64,000 nt of DNA. Source: an uncultured Gemmatimonadales bacterium. Its GTDB lineage: Bacteria > Gemmatimonadota > Gemmatimonadetes > Longimicrobiales > RSA9. The stretch is from positions 192,001 to 256,000 of the forward strand of contig CAWCRS010000001.1 in the NCBI GenBank assembly GCA_963798085.1, in the 5' to 3' direction. This document shows positions 59,916-64,000 of the stretch, piece by piece. The position numbers and the translations under genes are program-made. The number at the start of each line of letters is the position of its first letter. The first letter of the stretch is position 1. Under the pieces are notes generated by a model. It made no database searches. It worked only from the letters and a program-made list of their open reading frames with translations, and was not told the origin of the DNA.

Positions 59916-62387
59916 TCAGTGTACTGCGTTCCCGGATGTGTCAGCAGGCCGATTGAGATCTTCTTCCCGCAACTGAAGCGAAGCAAACCAGCGCTTGCGC
60001 ATCAGGTACAGTCGCGTCTGCGGAACGTCACGCATGTAGTCTATCAGTGCGCTGCGTGCCTCTTCGGGACAATGCAGCAGCACCTGCACCGCCGCACTCT
60101 GCGGAATCAGCTCGTCACGGTGCGGCCTCATCTGCTCCTGCTTCAACCTGCGTTCTGCGGCGTCACGCCTTCCCGCTGCCGCTTCCACCGCCGCAAGCTG
60201 CAGATCCAGGCCCCTCGCCATGGCACTGTCCGCCGGATCCTCGAGCTTGGTCGTCGCATTGCGAACAATGTTCGCGGCCCGCACCGGGTCCGGCTGCCCG
60301 TTCCTGGCCCAGGCCATCAGGTTGAGCGCACAGCTGGCCGCCTGCCAGCGCGCCCCGGGCAATGACTGCATCCGCTCGCACCATGCCGCCGCCGCCGAAT
60401 CGCGTCCCTGATCGAACGCGGTCTCGAACAGCCGGTTGAGAATCGTGTTGCGGTCAGCCAGGAAGGCATCGGCATTGTAGGCATTCTCGGCATATGCCTG
60501 CGCGTGCTCCAGATCGCCGCGATCCGCCATTACCGAGCTCATCGTGCTCCATGCACCGGCCATGGTCGGGTCCTTGCCTGCCGCCTTCGTCGCATCCTTC
60601 AAAGCCCTGTCCAGCAGTGTCGTGTCCTGACTGAATCCCATCAGCACCTGGTTGTACTCAATGCGTGCGCGCAGTTCGAGCGCCTGAGGATTCTCCGGCT
60701 CGAGGGCAAGGCCATCGTTGGTGTACTGCACGGCCCGGGACAGCCATTCCACGGTTTCGTCCGGCGGGCATTTCTTGCCGCACAGCCACGCCATGGACCA
60801 GGCCAGCCGGCTGCGCACAATGTGCGGCAGAATCCAGTTCCGGTCGAGCGTGATCGCGCGCTGCAGTTTCCTGTCGGCTTCCGCAATGGCGTCTTCCGCG
60901 ACTTTCACGTCCGTAAACAGGTACGACTCGAAGGACGCGTCATACTCGTGCGCCTGCGCCACCAGGTCCCATGCCTCGCGGCTGCCCGTGCCTGATTCCC
61001 AGCGGTTCAGTTGTATCGCCTGGCCCAGCTCCTGCCGCAATTCAATGGAAATCTCGTCCATGAGACTGTCGATGACCGGGAAGAAGCCGCTGTCGCCATC
61101 CTTCACATCGAAGTACTTGCCGCCGATGACCAGTCCGGTAGCCGTATTCTGCAGCTGGACGTAGATGCGTTTCGTTCCGTCCGCTTCCGTGACACTGCCC
61201 GAGATCAGCGTGCGCGCCCTGGTGCGCGCGCCAATCGTATCGAGCGGCGCATTCTGACGGCGGAACGGCCGCACGCCGCGTGACGAGACCACATTGAGTT
61301 GTTTGATCTTGCTGAGGTGCTCGATGATCTCCTCGGTCAGCTGGTCCGCGAACGCGCCCAGCTTCGACGTGTCGCCTCGCACATCGAAGAACTCCACAGC
61401 CACTCTGTTCGCAGGCCAATTGCGCGCGTCCTTGAGGCCCGCCGGCTTGGCTCCTGAGACCATCCATGCAATGGCCGCCAGCGCGATGCCGCCGGCCAGG
61501 ACGATCGGGCGACCTTCACGCTTCCGTCCTTTTTCCCACAGGTACCGAGTCCAGCTGGCCGCCTCATCCGGAGTCGCGGGCACCACCAGCGAGTCCACAG
61601 CCTGACCGGTAAGGGGAGCCGGCGGCGGACCTGCGACCTGTCGATCTCGCCGCAGGATCTCGGGCCGCCTCGCCCGGATCTGGTCGATCACCTTTACCGT
61701 CTCGCGCGCCGGCTCGATCTCGTATTCCGACGCGAGGCGGACGCGGAATGCGTCGAACTCCGCCAGTGCCGTGGCCGCGTCGCCGGTTTCGTCGAGCAGC
61801 ATCAGGTAGGAGCGAAGCGTCGCCTCATCCAGCGGACGCAACCCGTAGGCACGTCGCTGCCAGGTGAGCGCATCGTTGAGGTCGCCTGCCCGGAAGCATT
61901 CCTCCGACCGCGATGCCGCCGCCTCGCCTGCCAGCCGGCGCAGCCGGCTGCGATGGAAATCGAGCCAGTGCTCGAAGTCGGTCGAGGGCACGCCGCTCAT
62001 GCCCTGCAGCAGATCGCCGCGGAACAGCTCGAGCGCGCCCTCCCAGTTCTTTGCCGCAGACGCTGCCTCGAACGCCCCCACGTCGCACCAGAGTCCAGCG
62101 CCTGCGCGCACTTCGTTCGAACCGCGCGCGCAGATCGAGCCCTCACCGAGATTGGTGCGCAGGAAGTGCAGCGCCTGGCTGAGCGCGCGACGGGCTCGCT
62201 CCTCGTCCAGGTCGTTCCAGAAAAGTCCCAGCAGATGATCCCGCTGCACCCAGTCGTGGCGCACTGCCAGCCACGCGAGCAGAGCCAACCGCTTCGGCTG
62301 CGCCAGGACTGCGGATACGTCCTGACCGGATCCTTCCAGCTGGGGCACGCCCAGCAGCCGTAACCGGATCACGTCACGTGAGTTCAT
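59916..62387 (-). CDS. SARP-type wHTH-BTAD regulator with TM helix, TolB-N-like domain and TPRs
   Basis: LRLLG..QPKRLALLAWLA..DLLQG..PLDE; TM IVLAGGIALAAIAWMV; RVAVEFF..LTEEIIEHLSKI..ISGSV; TPR-like helices. Confidence 0.88.
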   Translation of the reverse strand: MNSRDVIRLRLLGVPQLEGSGQDVSAVLAQPKRLALLAWLAVRHDWVQRDHLLGLFWNDLDEERARRALSQALHFLRTNLGEGSICARGSNEVRAGAGLWCDVGAFEAASAAKNWEGALELFRGDLLQGMSGVPSTDFEHWLDFHRSRLRRLAGEAAASRSEECFRAGDLNDALTWQRRAYGLRPLDEATLRSYLMLLDETGDAATALAEFDAFRVRLASEYEIEPARETVKVIDQIRARRPEILRRDRQVAGPPPAPLTGQAVDSLVVPATPDEAASWTRYLWEKGRKREGRPIVLAGGIALAAIAWMVSGAKPAGLKDARNWPANRVAVEFFDVRGDTSKLGAFADQLTEEIIEHLSKIKQLNVVSSRGVRPFRRQNAPLDTIGARTRARTLISGSVTEADGTKRIYVQLQNTATGLVIGGKYFDVKDGDSGFFPVIDSLMDEISIELRQELGQAIQLNRWESGTGSREAWDLVAQAHEYDASFESYLFTDVKVAEDAIAEADRKLQRAITLDRNWILPHIVRSRLAWSMAWLCGKKCPPDETVEWLSRAVQYTNDGLALEPENPQALELRARIEYNQVLMGFSQDTTLLDRALKDATKAAGKDPTMAGAWSTMSSVMADRGDLEHAQAYAENAYNADAFLADRNTILNRLFETAFDQGRDSAAAAWCERMQSLPGARWQAASCALNLMAWARNGQPDPVRAANIVRNATTKLEDPADSAMARGLDLQLAAVEAAAGRRDAAERRLKQEQMRPHRDELIPQSAAVQVLLHCPEEARSALIDYMRDVPQTRLYLMRKRWFASLQLREEDLNRPADTSGNAVH

Positions 62388-62505
62388 GCCGCCCTCCGTG
62401 CGCCGCGTAATACCCGGGTGATAGGCAGGTAAGGGTCAAGTGCAAGTTCGATAGCGACGGGCGAACCAATCCAATTCCTCCAACACAATTGCGAAGGAGC
62501 AACCG

Positions 62506-62976
62506 ATGATCGCTTTCCATCCGACCTACGAGGATCAGGACCATTCCGATTTCAACGTACGGGGAATCATCCAGCAGCAGGTCCGCGAGATCGTCGCCAG
62601 CCTGCCGCGTTCCACGCTCCGTTCAGGACGGACAGGTCCCGCCATGATCCGCCTCCTCGCGGTTGGTGAAGAGCGCTTCCGACTCGTCGTGGATCTGCTG
62701 CCGCCAGCTGACGGAGCGGATCCCGTTCCCGTCGCTTCTGTCGAACGGCTTGCCGCTGACGACGTCAACGAGCGCGCCCTGCGGGAGCGCTATCGCCTGA
62801 CGCACAAGGAAACACACGTCGCGATGTTGCTCGCACAACGGCGGTCCAACGCCGAAATCGCGGAGGCCTTGAAGATCAGCCCCCACACGGCCCGACGGCA
62901 CACGGAGAACGTCATGATGAAGCTGAACGTGAACAGTCGCTTCTCCGTGGAAACCGCACTTCGCGCCGTGGCCTGA
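62506..62976 (+). CDS. LuxR-type HTH transcriptional regulator
   Basis: LTHKETHVAMLLAQRRSNAEIAEALKISPHTARRHTENVMMKL. RBS AAGGAG. Confidence 0.9.
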   Translation: MIAFHPTYEDQDHSDFNVRGIIQQQVREIVASLPRSTLRSGRTGPAMIRLLAVGEERFRLVVDLLPPADGADPVPVASVERLAADDVNERALRERYRLTHKETHVAMLLAQRRSNAEIAEALKISPHTARRHTENVMMKLNVNSRFSVETALRAVA

Positions 62977-63186
62977 GCGGACTGCCGGAGGCTTCCTGCA
63001 ATACCGCCGACGGCTCGTTGCAAGCCATTGGCAGACGCCGGGTTCGCCGGAACGGTATACAATATATCACGGGGCTGTGCCCACGACCATGCCGGGGCAA
63101 CCCCGCAGGACCCGACACCTCGCAACCCCGGCGACAGCCTTGCGTGCAGGACAGATGACGCGCGGCCTGGCCGAATGGTTTGTGCG

Positions 63187-64000
63187 TTATTTCGGGAGTG
63201 ATACGTCCCTCGTGCGACGCACGAGCAGACCTGCGCCCACCAGGCCTGCGAGCATGGCGAAGCCACCCAGCGCGAGGCCCGGCTGTGTGGCCACAATCGT
63301 TGCCAGGACCAGCAGATAGAGGAAGATCGCCAGGGCGGGCAGGTAGGGCCAGCCGGGTACGCGCATGGGGCGCGCCAGCTCCGGCTGACGCAGGCGGAGG
63401 CGGAAGTATCCCGCGAGCACCACGAGGTCCACGGTGATCGCGACCAGCATCATGAAGCGGATCAGCCACTCGAACGCGCCTGTCACGGAAAGCCCCAGAA
63501 TCACCGCCGCGATGAACAGCATGGCGGCCACGGGAGTGCCGCGGCGGGAAACACGCCCGAACGCTGCAGGCGCCAGTCCATCGCGTGACAGAGCGAAAGC
63601 GACACGCGGCGTCGCCAGGAAGTTCACATTGAAGCTGCTCAGCAGGATCAGCAGCCCGCACACGGTTACCACCCTGCCCGCGGCGCTGCCGAACACACCG
63701 GCAATCGCTTCCTGCGCGACATTCTGCGAGCCCGCCATCTGTGCCGGCGTCAGCGCGCTCAGAAAAGCGACATTGATCAGCAGGTAGAGCACGGCCACCG
63801 TGGCCGCGCCACCCAGCAGGATGCGCGGCAGCGAGCGCCCGGGATCCTTCACCTCTTCCGCCATCTTCGCCGCATCTTCCCACCCGTAATAGGCGAAGGA
63901 CACCGACTGATACGCCAGCGCCAGGCCGAGCAGGCCGGCGTAGCGCGGCTGCACCGTCATGGATTCGTGAAAACCACGCGCGCTGCCCGCCCAGATGCCC
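63187..64000 (-). CDS. APC family amino acid permease (5' part outside the window)
   Basis: FAYYGWE..AEEVKDPGRSLP, PRVAFALSRDG and RPMRVPGWP. Frame open to the window edge. Confidence 0.92.
   Translation of the reverse strand, partial: GIWAGSARGFHESMTVQPRYAGLLGLALAYQSVSFAYYGWEDAAKMAEEVKDPGRSLPRILLGGAATVAVLYLLINVAFLSALTPAQMAGSQNVAQEAIAGVFGSAAGRVVTVCGLLILLSSFNVNFLATPRVAFALSRDGLAPAAFGRVSRRGTPVAAMLFIAAVILGLSVTGAFEWLIRFMMLVAITVDLVVLAGYFRLRLRQPELARPMRVPGWPYLPALAIFLYLLVLATIVATQPGLALGGFAMLAGLVGAGLLVRRTRDVSLPK

Overview
GC-rich bacterial DNA. The gene content (ADOP permease, several secreted S9/S10 peptidases and serine hydrolases, Ig-like lipoproteins, a SARP-TolB-TPR regulator) suggests Gemmatimonadota, by inference. 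About 42 CDS; no rRNA, tRNA or CRISPR was seen. Housekeeping genes: sahR-like/ahcY and rsmD. Main points of interest: (1) a coupled DUF4062(TIR-like)-iSTAND / MoxR AAA+ / vWA ternary conflict system at 8.6-16.9 kb, whose vWA protein ends in five tandem ~4-TM repeats and is followed by two stop/start-overlapping genes; (2) a 52-aa lipoprotein missing from the ORF track, ending in CYLMNGHWIC, convergent with a membrane SARP/BTAD-TolB-TPR regulator beside LuxR and HD-GYP genes (candidate peptide-signalling locus); (3) a SIR2-like gene coupled to a multi-TM protein; (4) a Cya2-type candidate guanylyl cyclase; (5) a structured leader before a BtrH-like gene; (6) a lower-GC islet with an IS630 remnant and a Cys-rich peptide ORF. 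Five or six frameshifts fall at the same + strand motif (GATG read as GAATG), so most apparent pseudogenes are probably sequencing artefacts. Family calls come from motif recognition by eye, not database searches.
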